The position numbers and the translations under genes were made by a program. This document shows positions 1-8,170 of a DNA stretch of 38,796 nt, one piece after another. The notes beneath the pieces were generated by a model. It did not search any database, was not told the origin of the DNA, and was given only the letters and a program-made list of their open reading frames with translations. Each line of letters begins with the position of its first letter. The first letter of the stretch is position 1. This DNA is from Promethearchaeota archaeon (GTDB lineage Archaea > Asgardarchaeota > Lokiarchaeia > Sigyniarchaeales > SOKP01), in the NCBI GenBank assembly GCA_048938445.1, contig JBHLME010000032.1, positions 1-38,796 of the forward strand, written 5' to 3'.

Positions 1-522
1 ACGATCACCGTGCAAGACACGACGGATCCTGTATGGGTTCTCCCCCCTGCCGATGCGGTCATTGAACTTGGTGATTCCTTCTATCAAGATGTCGAGGCGT
101 CCGATTTAGCTGGCGTCTCTTACTCGATTGATGATTCCATTAATTTCAACATTGACAGTGCCACGGGAGAGATTACGAATGTCGTCGCCTTAGCGGTTGG
201 CACCTATTCGCTCATCGTAACAGCTACTGATGGAAATGGCAACTACATTTCTGCCACCACCACGATCACCGTGCAAGACACTACGGATCCCGTATGGATT
301 GTGCCCCCTATCGATGCAACTATTTTACTTGGTGATTCCTTCTATCAAGATGTCGAAGCGTCCGATCTTTCCGATGTCTCCTACTCAATTGATGATACCA
401 CCAATTTCGCCATTGACAGTGCCACGGGAGTGATTACAAATGCTATCGCGTTAGCAGTTGGTACCTACTCGCTCAGGGTTACAGCGGAAGATGCATATCT
501 CAATTCAATATCCGTTATTATT
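1..522 (+). repeat. Intragenic tandem repeat, 261-nt period, two copies visible
   Basis: ACGATCACCGTGCAAGACAC starts at both 1 and 262. The blocks GGTGATTCCTTCTATCAAGATGTCGA and ATTGACAGTGCCACGGGAG are identical in both copies. Confidence 0.9.
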
Positions 523-1104
523 GAGATCACGGTGTCCGAAGACTTTCCGCCATCACAAGTTACAGGCTTAACAGCGGTGGTGGTTTCTGAAACAGAAATC
601 AATCTTAATTGGGATGCTAATATGGAAACCGACTTTGATCACTATATTATTTATCGAGATGGCATAAAAATTACAGAAACAACTTTAAATCAGTATAGTG
701 ATACTGGTTTAGTCTCCGGTATGACTTATACATATGAAGTTTCTGCAGTGGATGCTTCAGGTCAAGAAGGATTAAAGTCAGATCCAGTATCTGCCACAAC
801 AAGTAAACCTATTGAACAGATCCTAAACGATATAATGGATAAATTAGATGAATTAGGGGATCTGATTGATGAAAAACTCGATGGATGGAAAAGAATTTCA
901 TGTAGGATATATTTATCGAAAGCTAAAAGAATTGTTGAATACATGATTGAGAAGGTAGATTCAAATGAACCGATCAGTCATAGAGACATATGTTTTTTAA
1001 AAATTTTTATCGGTGTTATTTCTTGGATTTCAAGAGATTCTGAAATCAGACAACTATGTTCTGAGATAAATAGTCTAATTTATAATTTACAGGAATTGAT
1101 ATAA
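1..1104 (+). CDS. 5'-truncated extracellular protein: tandem cadherin-like/Ig-like repeats + fibronectin type III domain + C-terminal helical domain
   Basis: Frame 1 is open from base 1 (TITVQDTTDP...), so the GTG at 10 is probably not the true start. Two 87-aa repeats carry cadherin-like signatures (ASD..VSYSI...F.IDSATG.IT...GTYSL.VTA.D). An FN3 domain follows (PPSQVTGL...INLNW...YIIYRDG...YSDTGL..G.TYTYEVSAVD). Confidence 0.8.
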   Translation, partial: TITVQDTTDPVWVLPPADAVIELGDSFYQDVEASDLAGVSYSIDDSINFNIDSATGEITNVVALAVGTYSLIVTATDGNGNYISATTTITVQDTTDPVWIVPPIDATILLGDSFYQDVEASDLSDVSYSIDDTTNFAIDSATGVITNAIALAVGTYSLRVTAEDAYLNSISVIIEITVSEDFPPSQVTGLTAVVVSETEINLNWDANMETDFDHYIIYRDGIKITETTLNQYSDTGLVSGMTYTYEVSAVDASGQEGLKSDPVSATTSKPIEQILNDIMDKLDELGDLIDEKLDGWKRISCRIYLSKAKRIVEYMIEKVDSNEPISHRDICFLKIFIGVISWISRDSEIRQLCSEINSLIYNLQELI

Positions 1105-1167
1105 AATTTAAAATTTTAAATTCCTTTTTTTTTTATATTTTTCTTATATTGAATAGAATTTCTTAAA

Positions 1168-1860
1168 TCATGAATTTAAAATATTTATTATTTTAGATTC
1201 CGCCGCAATGATTTTCTCTACTTTTAATTTAAATTTTGGATCTAAACGATTATTTTTCCATGCAATTTCACGCCATAAAGCAAGAATACCTTCTCCCTGA
1301 CTAGCATATTTAGAACGTCTAATTAATTCTTTAGCATATGTTGCTAGTGCTATATCATAATATAAATCAGGATTATTTTGAATCCAATCCCCTAAATTAA
1401 GAGTAATATCATTAAGCTTTTCATCTCGACATAATTGCTCAAGATAGCGAATTTTTAATTTTTGAGCATTTTCTATTGCTTTTTTATTTGGATTCCTGAC
1501 TTGAAATGCAGTAACATCAACAAAAAAGGTACAGAATGGACAATTACAACCATCACTCACTTTTATTTTATTTGAAACAAAAAAAGAAGTTGTAAGAAAA
1601 GAAGTAAACAAATGAGCGAAAGTTTCTAAATCTGATTTATCTGGTCTTGTATTAATTGGTAATTCACTATAATGCTTCTCTATCCATAAATAAGCTCCTT
1701 TATAAAACGAAACTTTTTCATGGACTTCTTCAAATAAAGTGTGCTTTTTTGATTTCGTTCTAGGACTAAATTCCTTCAATTTTTTATTAAGCCACATGAA
1801 TAAATTATAACTTTTTTCCTGTAGATCTATGACTCGCTCAAGTTCATTAGTGTCGAACAT
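1168..1860 (-). CDS. Hypothetical protein with a CxCxxC motif
   Basis: 230-aa ORF with upstream GGTGAGGGA RBS-like sequence. Contains GCNCPFC. No family recognised. Confidence 0.7.
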   Translation of the reverse strand: MFDTNELERVIDLQEKSYNLFMWLNKKLKEFSPRTKSKKHTLFEEVHEKVSFYKGAYLWIEKHYSELPINTRPDKSDLETFAHLFTSFLTTSFFVSNKIKVSDGCNCPFCTFFVDVTAFQVRNPNKKAIENAQKLKIRYLEQLCRDEKLNDITLNLGDWIQNNPDLYYDIALATYAKELIRRSKYASQGEGILALWREIAWKNNRLDPKFKLKVEKIIAAESKIINILNS

Positions 1861-2070
1861 TTATTCTTATCCCTCACCATAAAATTTTTACATTTCAATA
1901 ATACTGCATACTAAATAATTATTACCAAAAATGATCATTCAAGTATTAAATATCTACCTTTTTAAACACTATCAATAATCTTTTTATTTTGTTTAATAAA
2001 TACATAATCATAATTTAAAATTATAAAACCTAAATATAAAACTTCGAAAATGTTGGAGGAATAAACAAAA

Positions 2071-2076
2071 AGGTGA
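2071..2076 (+). promoter_or_regulatory. Shine-Dalgarno AGGTGA for hdrA
   Basis: AGGTGA lies 5 nt before TTG 2082. The same motif precedes mvhD (4040-4045) and the GTPase gene (34697-34702). Confidence 0.75.
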
Positions 2077-2081
2077 ATATA

Positions 2082-4037
2082 TTGTCTGAAAATCAGACCA
2101 AAGATGAATCAATTGTCGGAGTTTTCGTGTGCCGCTGAGGTATTAACATTGCAGGTATTTTAGACATCCCTTTAATCGTTACTGAGTTAAACAAATTACC
2201 TGGAGTCAAAGCTTTTGAATATCTAAGCATGTGTACAGAAGGTGGGTCATCATATATTAAAGAACAAATCGAAGAAAGTAAGGTATCTCGAATAGTAGTC
2301 GCCGCCTGTACTCCTAAAACGCATCAACCCGTCTTTCATGCAATTTTAAGTGAAGCAGGTTTGCCGCCAAGATATTTGGAATTTGTAAATATCAGAGAAC
2401 ATTGCAGTTTTGTTCATCAGCAAGATCGAGAAAAAGCTAATAAGAAAGCTATTGAACTCATAAAAGCGGGAATCTCTAGAGCCCGTCTTTTAGAAGATGT
2501 ACCAACTAAAACAGTCCCAGTAACTCCAGAAGCATTAGTTATTGGAGGAGGAATAGCTGGATTAAGTGCTGCAATTGATTTAGGAGATGCAGGATTCAAA
2601 GTTCATTTAGTAGAGAAAAATACTACTATCGGCGGGCGTATGTCCCAGCTCGACAGAACCTTTCCTACAGATGATTGTTCAATATGAATTCTCGGACCTA
2701 AAATGCTCGAAGCAAACCGCCATCCTAATATCAATATTATGTCATTTAGTGAAGTAGTTAAAGTTGATGGATATATTGGAAATTTCAAGGTTCAAGTTAA
2801 TAGAAAGGCACGTTTTGTAGACGAAAATAAATGCACGGGATGTGGTACATGTACTGATAATTGTCCTATATACGTTCCGAATTATTTTGACGAAAACCTA
2901 TCAGCAAGAAAAGTCATTGATATTGCTTTTGCACAAGCAGTTCCCGCTGTACAAGACATAGTAAGAGAGGCTTGCGTGGAATGTTTTGCATGTGTCGATG
3001 GTTGCGAACAAGAAGCTATAGATTTTAGTATGCAAGATAAAATTGTAGATTTAGAAGTAGGTACAATTATCGTGGCAACGGGTTGGGATCTCTATAAAGG
3101 TTCTGACTATGGTTATGGTCTATATGAAAATGTAATCAATCAAATTGAGTTGGAAAGAATTCTAGCCCCTAATGGTCCAACTTATGGTCATTTAAAACGA
3201 CCTTCGGATAGAAAGCGTCCTACAAAAATTTTGTTTATAAATTGCGTGGGCTCAAGAGATTTAAAAACTCATGAATATTGTAGTGTGGTCTGCTGTAATC
3301 TCTCACTTAAGAATTCTAAACTGATTAAATCAGAATATCCTGATTCAGAAATTATGTGTACCTACATAGATATGAGATGTGCAGGGAAAGACTATGAAGA
3401 ATATTACAGACGATCGAGAAATGCGGGTATATTATTCGTAAAAGGTCTTGTAGGTAATATTCAAGAAGATCCTCTAACTAAAAATCTTAAAGTGCAATTT
3501 GAACCTGTAGGAACTGATACTGTAGTTGAAGCAGAATATCACATGGTCATCTTATCATCAGGATCACTTCCATCTCAAGGAACTGTCGAAATTGCTAGAG
3601 TGATGAACATGGAAAAAAGTCCTGATGGTTTCTTAAAGGAATATCACGCACGTTTAGATCCAATAAGCACGAAAGTTCCAGGTATTTACTTGGCAGGCTC
3701 TGCTCAAGGTCAAAAGACCATAGAACTCGCAGTAAGCCAAGCTAAAGGTGCAGCATCAACAGCGGGGATCCCTATGGGCAAAGGAAAGTATACAATGGAA
3801 CTCATTCGAGCAACTCCTATAGACGAACGATGTGCAAAATGTTATAAATGTATAGATGCTTGTCCTTATAGCGCCATCTCGGTAAGTGAACAAGGAACTC
3901 TAGTCGTAGACATCATTCGCTGCCGAGGCTGCGGAACTTGTGCGTCTCTATGTCCATCCAAGGCAATAGAATTAACATACTATCGGGATGATCAATATAT
4001 GGCTTATCTAGATGAATTATTACCCATAGAGGAGTAA
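2082..4037 (+). CDS. hdrA: Heterodisulfide reductase subunit A-like flavo-iron-sulfur selenoprotein (651 aa, Sec at codons 19 and 202)
   Basis: Track ORFs 2229-2687 and 2703-4037 are in the same frame, which extends upstream to TTG 2082. The TGA at 2136-2138 gives GVFVCR-U-GINIAG (HdrA consensus GVYVCHCGxNIAG). The TGA at 2685-2687 gives TFPTDDCSI-U-ILGPKM (consensus TFPTxDCxxCIL.PKM). Also present: FAD motif VIGGGIAG, VAACTP, NIREHCS, CVGSRD, CS.VCC, and four CxxCxxCxxxC ferredoxin motifs. Confidence 0.95.
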
Positions 4038-4050
4038 AGAGGTGAATAAA

Positions 4051-4494
4051 ATGGGAGATAATGAAGATATTAAAATTATCGCGTTCTTATGCTGGAAATG
4101 AGGATATGGTTCTGCGGACATGGCAGGAACCATTCGAGCGCAATATCCTACATCTTTAAGAACTGTTCTTGTTCCTTGTAGTGGTCGAGTTGATACAGAT
4201 CTAGTAATGAGAGCGTTTGGAAGGGGTGCTGATGGTGTCATGATTATAGGATGATATCCTAAAGAATGTGACTACGAAAATGGAAACTACTTTGCATACC
4301 GTCAAGTTGAATATTTGAAGGAAGTACTCAAGAAAACAGGTATCGATGAAAGAAGACTTAAGATGGGTTATTGTACTGCAGCAGAAGGTCAAAAGTTTCA
4401 GCAAGAAGCAATAACTTTTGACAAGGAAATTAGAGAATTAGGTCCAAATCCCTTTCGACCTAAAAGCGGCACTACAACTAAAGCGAAAGCTTAA
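4051..4494 (+). CDS. mvhD: Hydrogenase iron-sulfur subunit D (MvhD/VhuD/FlpD family) selenoprotein, 147 aa, Sec at codons 17 and 68; missing from the ORF track
   Basis: ATG 4051 follows AGGTGA. Translation: MGDNEDIKIIAFLCWK-U-GYGSADMAGTIRAQYP...VPCSGRVD...AFGRGADGVMIIG-U-YPKECDYENGN...GIDERRL...TAAEGQKF...ELGPNPF, ending at TAA 4492-4494. The TGA codons at 4099-4101 and 4252-4254 fall on Cys positions that are Sec in methanococcal VhuD. Confidence 0.95.
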
Positions 4495-4498
4495 AATC

Positions 4499-4573
4499 AA
4501 TGTGTTAACTAATGATACTGAGTTAAAAAAATGAGAATTCAGTAGAAGAAAATGGTAGCACCATTAACACATT
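4499..4573 (+). promoter_or_regulatory. Eukaryote-type SECIS element in the 3' UTR
   Basis: Helix I is AAUGUGUU (4499-4506) / AACACAUU (4566-4573). The core is AUGA (4512-4515) opposite GA (4545-4546). Helix II is UACUGAGUU (4516-4524) / AAUUCAGUA (4536-4544), with an apical loop opening on a run of A (4525-4531). The element begins 5 nt after the mvhD stop. Confidence 0.88.
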
Positions 4574-4745
4574 AAAAAATTTTTAAAAAATTAATGATAA
4601 GTAGAATTATTAAAAGAAAGTTATTGATTATTATACCATTAATCAAGGATATTTATGAGAAAGATTAAAATATTACAATATTTAATACAATAATTACTTA
4701 GTTTGAATTTAAAATATTATGAAAAAAAAGAGGTGGAATACTTAA

Positions 4746-5861
4746 TTGACAATTCTAGATAAAACAAAAATGAGAAAGGATGTAATGAAAATATGTAGTA
4801 AGGGTAGTAGGTTGCAAGCCAAAGGTGCTGCAGATTTTATTCGCCTTGAAGAAAATAAAGATTTTGATTTAATGAGATACATGGCAAAAATAGCCGAAGG
4901 AAATAAAGAATTTTTTATAAGATTTCCAAAGAAGGATGATTCAGTTAAAGATCTTTATGATTTATTATCTTATGAAGAACAAGTTTCTCTAGCAAAATTA
5001 TTTCGGCATTCTGTAGAATATGCAGCTGATGCAGAATTAAATACTTATCCAATTTCTGATTATGTTAAAATAGAACTTGTTGATCTCGATGGAGTTCCTG
5101 CAGAATGGCAGATCGTTCCCGGAGCAATTGAAGATAAAGTTTTATTATACTTTCATGGAGGAGGTCAAGTAATTGGTTCACCTAAATATCTTCGTTTACT
5201 CACGGTTGAGCTCGCTAAATTATCAAAAATGAAAGTTTTAAGCGTGGATTATCGTTTAGCTCCTGAACACCCTTTTCCAGCAGGATTAGAAGATAGTATC
5301 ACAGCTTATAAATGGCTTTTAAATAATGGTTATGATGCAAAAAATATCATCTTTGGCGGAGATTCATCCGGTGGTAATCGAGTATTATCAGCCCTTTTAA
5401 AAATTAGAGATGAAAGTATTGAATTACCTCGGGGCGCATTTGCACTATCTCCGGCAATTGACTACTCTGACGAGTCTGAGACAGTATATAAAAACGCAGA
5501 AACGGATCCAATATTAGCTGATGTTGGTGTCTTTTGGTGGGATCCTGCTTATGTTAGAGATGAGGATCCTTATAATCCTTACATTTCACCCATTCATGCT
5601 GATTTAAAAGGATTGCCCTCCATATTATTACAAGTAAGCACGTGCGAAATGCTGTATGATCATTCAACCCGTTTTTATGAGCGAGCAAAAGCTGCGGGAG
5701 TAGATATAACATTACAAGAATGGGATGACATGATGCATGTATGGCAGAGTTTTGGAATATATAGACTTCCCGAATCTCAAGAAGCAATTGATAAAATTAT
5801 AGAATTTATAAACAATTTGTTAGGATCTAAGAAATTAGAAACAATATCCTCCACAACTTAA
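4746..5861 (+). CDS. Alpha/beta hydrolase, hormone-sensitive lipase (HSL) family esterase
   Basis: HGGG oxyanion motif, VDYRLAPEHPFPA, GDSSGG nucleophile elbow and catalytic His in MHVWQ. TTG start after AGGTGG. Paralog of 20369-21448. Confidence 0.92.
   Translation: MTILDKTKMRKDVMKICSKGSRLQAKGAADFIRLEENKDFDLMRYMAKIAEGNKEFFIRFPKKDDSVKDLYDLLSYEEQVSLAKLFRHSVEYAADAELNTYPISDYVKIELVDLDGVPAEWQIVPGAIEDKVLLYFHGGGQVIGSPKYLRLLTVELAKLSKMKVLSVDYRLAPEHPFPAGLEDSITAYKWLLNNGYDAKNIIFGGDSSGGNRVLSALLKIRDESIELPRGAFALSPAIDYSDESETVYKNAETDPILADVGVFWWDPAYVRDEDPYNPYISPIHADLKGLPSILLQVSTCEMLYDHSTRFYERAKAAGVDITLQEWDDMMHVWQSFGIYRLPESQEAIDKIIEFINNLLGSKKLETISSTT
5631..5746 (+). repeat. 116-nt near-identical inverted copy of 20451-20566
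   Basis: Manual alignment with the reverse complement of 20451-20566 gives 112/116 identical bases. Confidence 0.9.
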
Positions 5862-5968
5862 AAAATTTTATAATAAGAAATAAATGAAACATATCACTAT
5901 ACAAATAATCTGAAGTTTTTTTAATAAATATATGAATAAAAATAATAATATAATGCAAGTTGAAACTC

Positions 5969-7096
5969 ATGGATGCTAAAGCAGAATATCTAATTAAGGA
6001 AAATGATTTTTTTAAACTATTAATTACCTTGTTGAAAGAAAAGGTTGTTGATAAAATAATAAGTGCTGAAGTTAAAGTTAATGCTAAAACTAAAGAAGTC
6101 GATAGATTCACCGTGGTTCCAAAAGTAGTAGAAAAGGCTGAAGACATAAAAGATTTTCCCTTATCAAATTTAATAGCTTATGGCTTTGCACGAACAGATT
6201 CAGCAGCAAAGTATTTACATAAATCTCTTGAAGGAGCAAAAAAAGAAAAAATAGGCCTCATTGCTAGGCCTTGTGATACGAGAGCAATTATTGAGTTAGC
6301 AAAAATTAAGCAAATAAATTTAGATAATCTTTTCATTATCGCCATTGAGGACAGAGGTATGGCTCCGAAGGCGGGTCGTGAAATAAAAAAATTCAAAGAT
6401 ATAGATGTTTCTAAAATAGAAAAAGAAAAAATCGGCGATAAAGGATTGATCGTTAGAATTGGTGGAAAATCTAAAGAAATCGACATAACGATAGCAGAAA
6501 ATTGTCTAAGATGTTATAGAAAAAGACCGGTAATTGCTGATTTATCTATAAGTGATTTGGGCATTCCAATTGATTCTGATGAGATTATTTTGAAAGTTTA
6601 TACTGACAAGGGTAAAGATACCTTAGAAAAATCTAGCGTATCAACAAAACCATTAAAGGGAGATGCTCATACTAAAAAATATAATGAAATAATCGAAGAA
6701 GCAAAAGCAAAAAGAGCAAAAGACCTTGAAGATTGGGCTAATGTACCCCAAGAAGAAAAGATTGCCAGGCTTCAAAAATGCACGATGTGTAATATGTGCA
6801 TCCGGGGCTGTCCCGTGTGTTATTGCGTGGATTGCATCCTACAGAAAAAACGTAAAGATAAAACAATAAATAAGGAAGCATACCAACTAACACGCATAGC
6901 CCACGTGGCTGATCGGTGTGTTGAATGTGGAAATTGCGATAATAATTGTCCTCAAGACTTACCACTTTCATTGTATTTTCAATCTTTAAATGAAGCATTT
7001 AAAGAAAAGTTCAAATATACTTCCGGAGAAAATGTTGATGATGTGCCGTTCAGGAGTGGTAAAGCAATATCCAAGATGGAATTGGAAAAGACCTAG
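5969..7096 (+). CDS. FdhB/FrhB-family (F420-interacting beta subunit-like) protein with C-terminal 2x[4Fe-4S] domain
   Basis: KIGLIARPCDTRAIIELAKIKQINLDNLFII, NCLRC...ADL, CTMCNMCIRGCPVCYC and H..DRCVECGNCDNNCP match the architecture of methanogen FdhB. Start is ATG 5969 or TTG 5960. Confidence 0.85.
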   Translation: MDAKAEYLIKENDFFKLLITLLKEKVVDKIISAEVKVNAKTKEVDRFTVVPKVVEKAEDIKDFPLSNLIAYGFARTDSAAKYLHKSLEGAKKEKIGLIARPCDTRAIIELAKIKQINLDNLFIIAIEDRGMAPKAGREIKKFKDIDVSKIEKEKIGDKGLIVRIGGKSKEIDITIAENCLRCYRKRPVIADLSISDLGIPIDSDEIILKVYTDKGKDTLEKSSVSTKPLKGDAHTKKYNEIIEEAKAKRAKDLEDWANVPQEEKIARLQKCTMCNMCIRGCPVCYCVDCILQKKRKDKTINKEAYQLTRIAHVADRCVECGNCDNNCPQDLPLSLYFQSLNEAFKEKFKYTSGENVDDVPFRSGKAISKMELEKT

Positions 7097-7177
7097 TCTT
7101 TAATTTGTGAAAGTAGGTAAATTATAAATATTAATATAAAATAAATTTATTTTAAAAGAAAATAAAAACTGATCATA

Positions 7178-7948
7178 ATGAGCTTGCCATCAAAAAAAGC
7201 AATTCAAGTGGATGAGAACATCACTGATTACGAGTATAAAATGCTCAATCATGATATGATCCTTCGCTATGATGAGTCTAAATGTATCGAATGTGGCTTT
7301 TGTCATAGAGTTTGCCCTGTAACGGTATCTATTTATAATGAACCATTAAAAAAGACCGCTATTGGAACCCCTATAGAAATGGGCGTGGAATCAGATAGGA
7401 AAATCGTTGTAGACACAGAAAAATGTATTTGGTGCGGGAGTTGCACATGGGTCTGTCCGAGCTACACATTAGAATTATTAATAAATGGGGAAAAAAAACT
7501 TTTACTTGTAGAAAATGGATCACTTCCTGAATTTGAAGAGGAAGTTCGAACTCTTGATTCTGGTCAAAAAGTTAGAAAGGTTGTTGAGGGAAGCATTACT
7601 ATCACGTGTGATGAAAAAGATTCCAAAAAAATCGACGCATTTGTCGATGAATGTTCTGTAGGAGCATTATCTAGAGAAGGAAAAAACGTGGTCGTTGATA
7701 AGGATAAATGCATCCTATGTTTCAAGTGTAGTGAAGCAGCAAATGATTATGATAAAATATCCGTAAAGATTTTTCGGGATAGATTTAAACAAGTCAAAGG
7801 AGAGCCTGGTTCCGTTTGGAACGGAATCATGTTAAGAGTTCTTGGAAAAGAAGGCAAAATAAAAGGAATCATGAGTAGAAGTCAAAATAAGCTGGCAGAT
7901 TCTGTACTTAGGTTACTTGGAAGGTTAGAAGAAGAAGAGGAAGGATAA
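7178..7948 (+). CDS. 4Fe-4S polyferredoxin-like protein resembling the N-terminal part of FwdF/FmdF
   Basis: CIECGFCHRVCP and CIWCGSCTWVCP followed by LELLINGE...LP. A second, degenerate dicluster follows (ECSVGA; CILCFKC). Confidence 0.75.
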   Translation: MSLPSKKAIQVDENITDYEYKMLNHDMILRYDESKCIECGFCHRVCPVTVSIYNEPLKKTAIGTPIEMGVESDRKIVVDTEKCIWCGSCTWVCPSYTLELLINGEKKLLLVENGSLPEFEEEVRTLDSGQKVRKVVEGSITITCDEKDSKKIDAFVDECSVGALSREGKNVVVDKDKCILCFKCSEAANDYDKISVKIFRDRFKQVKGEPGSVWNGIMLRVLGKEGKIKGIMSRSQNKLADSVLRLLGRLEEEEEG

Positions 7949-8170
7949 AATCTCTCTTATCTTAATTTATTTTTTATATGTAGAATTTTTTTAATTCATT
8001 TTTTAATAATTGAAAATTTCTTATACTTTTTTATATTTTTATTGCTGAAATCATATCATTTTTACATAAGAAAATTATAAAACTATAAAATTAATAAACT
8101 AACAATCATATGTAATGATTATCACTTCTTAATGAATAGAAGCATATAAAAAATTAAAAGTGAATTAAAA

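Noticed and set aside
2229-4037. hdrA as a split gene or pseudogene (two ORFs in the track)
   Set aside because: Both breaks are in-frame TGA at conserved Cys columns and a SECIS follows the operon, so selenocysteine recoding explains them.
4020-4404. Minus-strand ORFs 4020-4241 and 4201-4404
   Set aside because: They are antisense shadows of the real mvhD gene.
2082-4494. Genome-wide UGA reassignment (genetic code 4 or 25)
   Set aside because: UGA is a normal stop for etfB (ATGA overlap with etfA), the HxlR gene and others. Trp is encoded by TGG, and in-frame UGA occurs only at Cys columns of known selenoprotein families.
4591-4645. Possible second SECIS (AUGA at 4594 with a downstream UGA)
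   Set aside because: I could not build a convincing upper helix between AUGA and GA. The pairing is weak and AT-only. A covariance-model scan would settle it.
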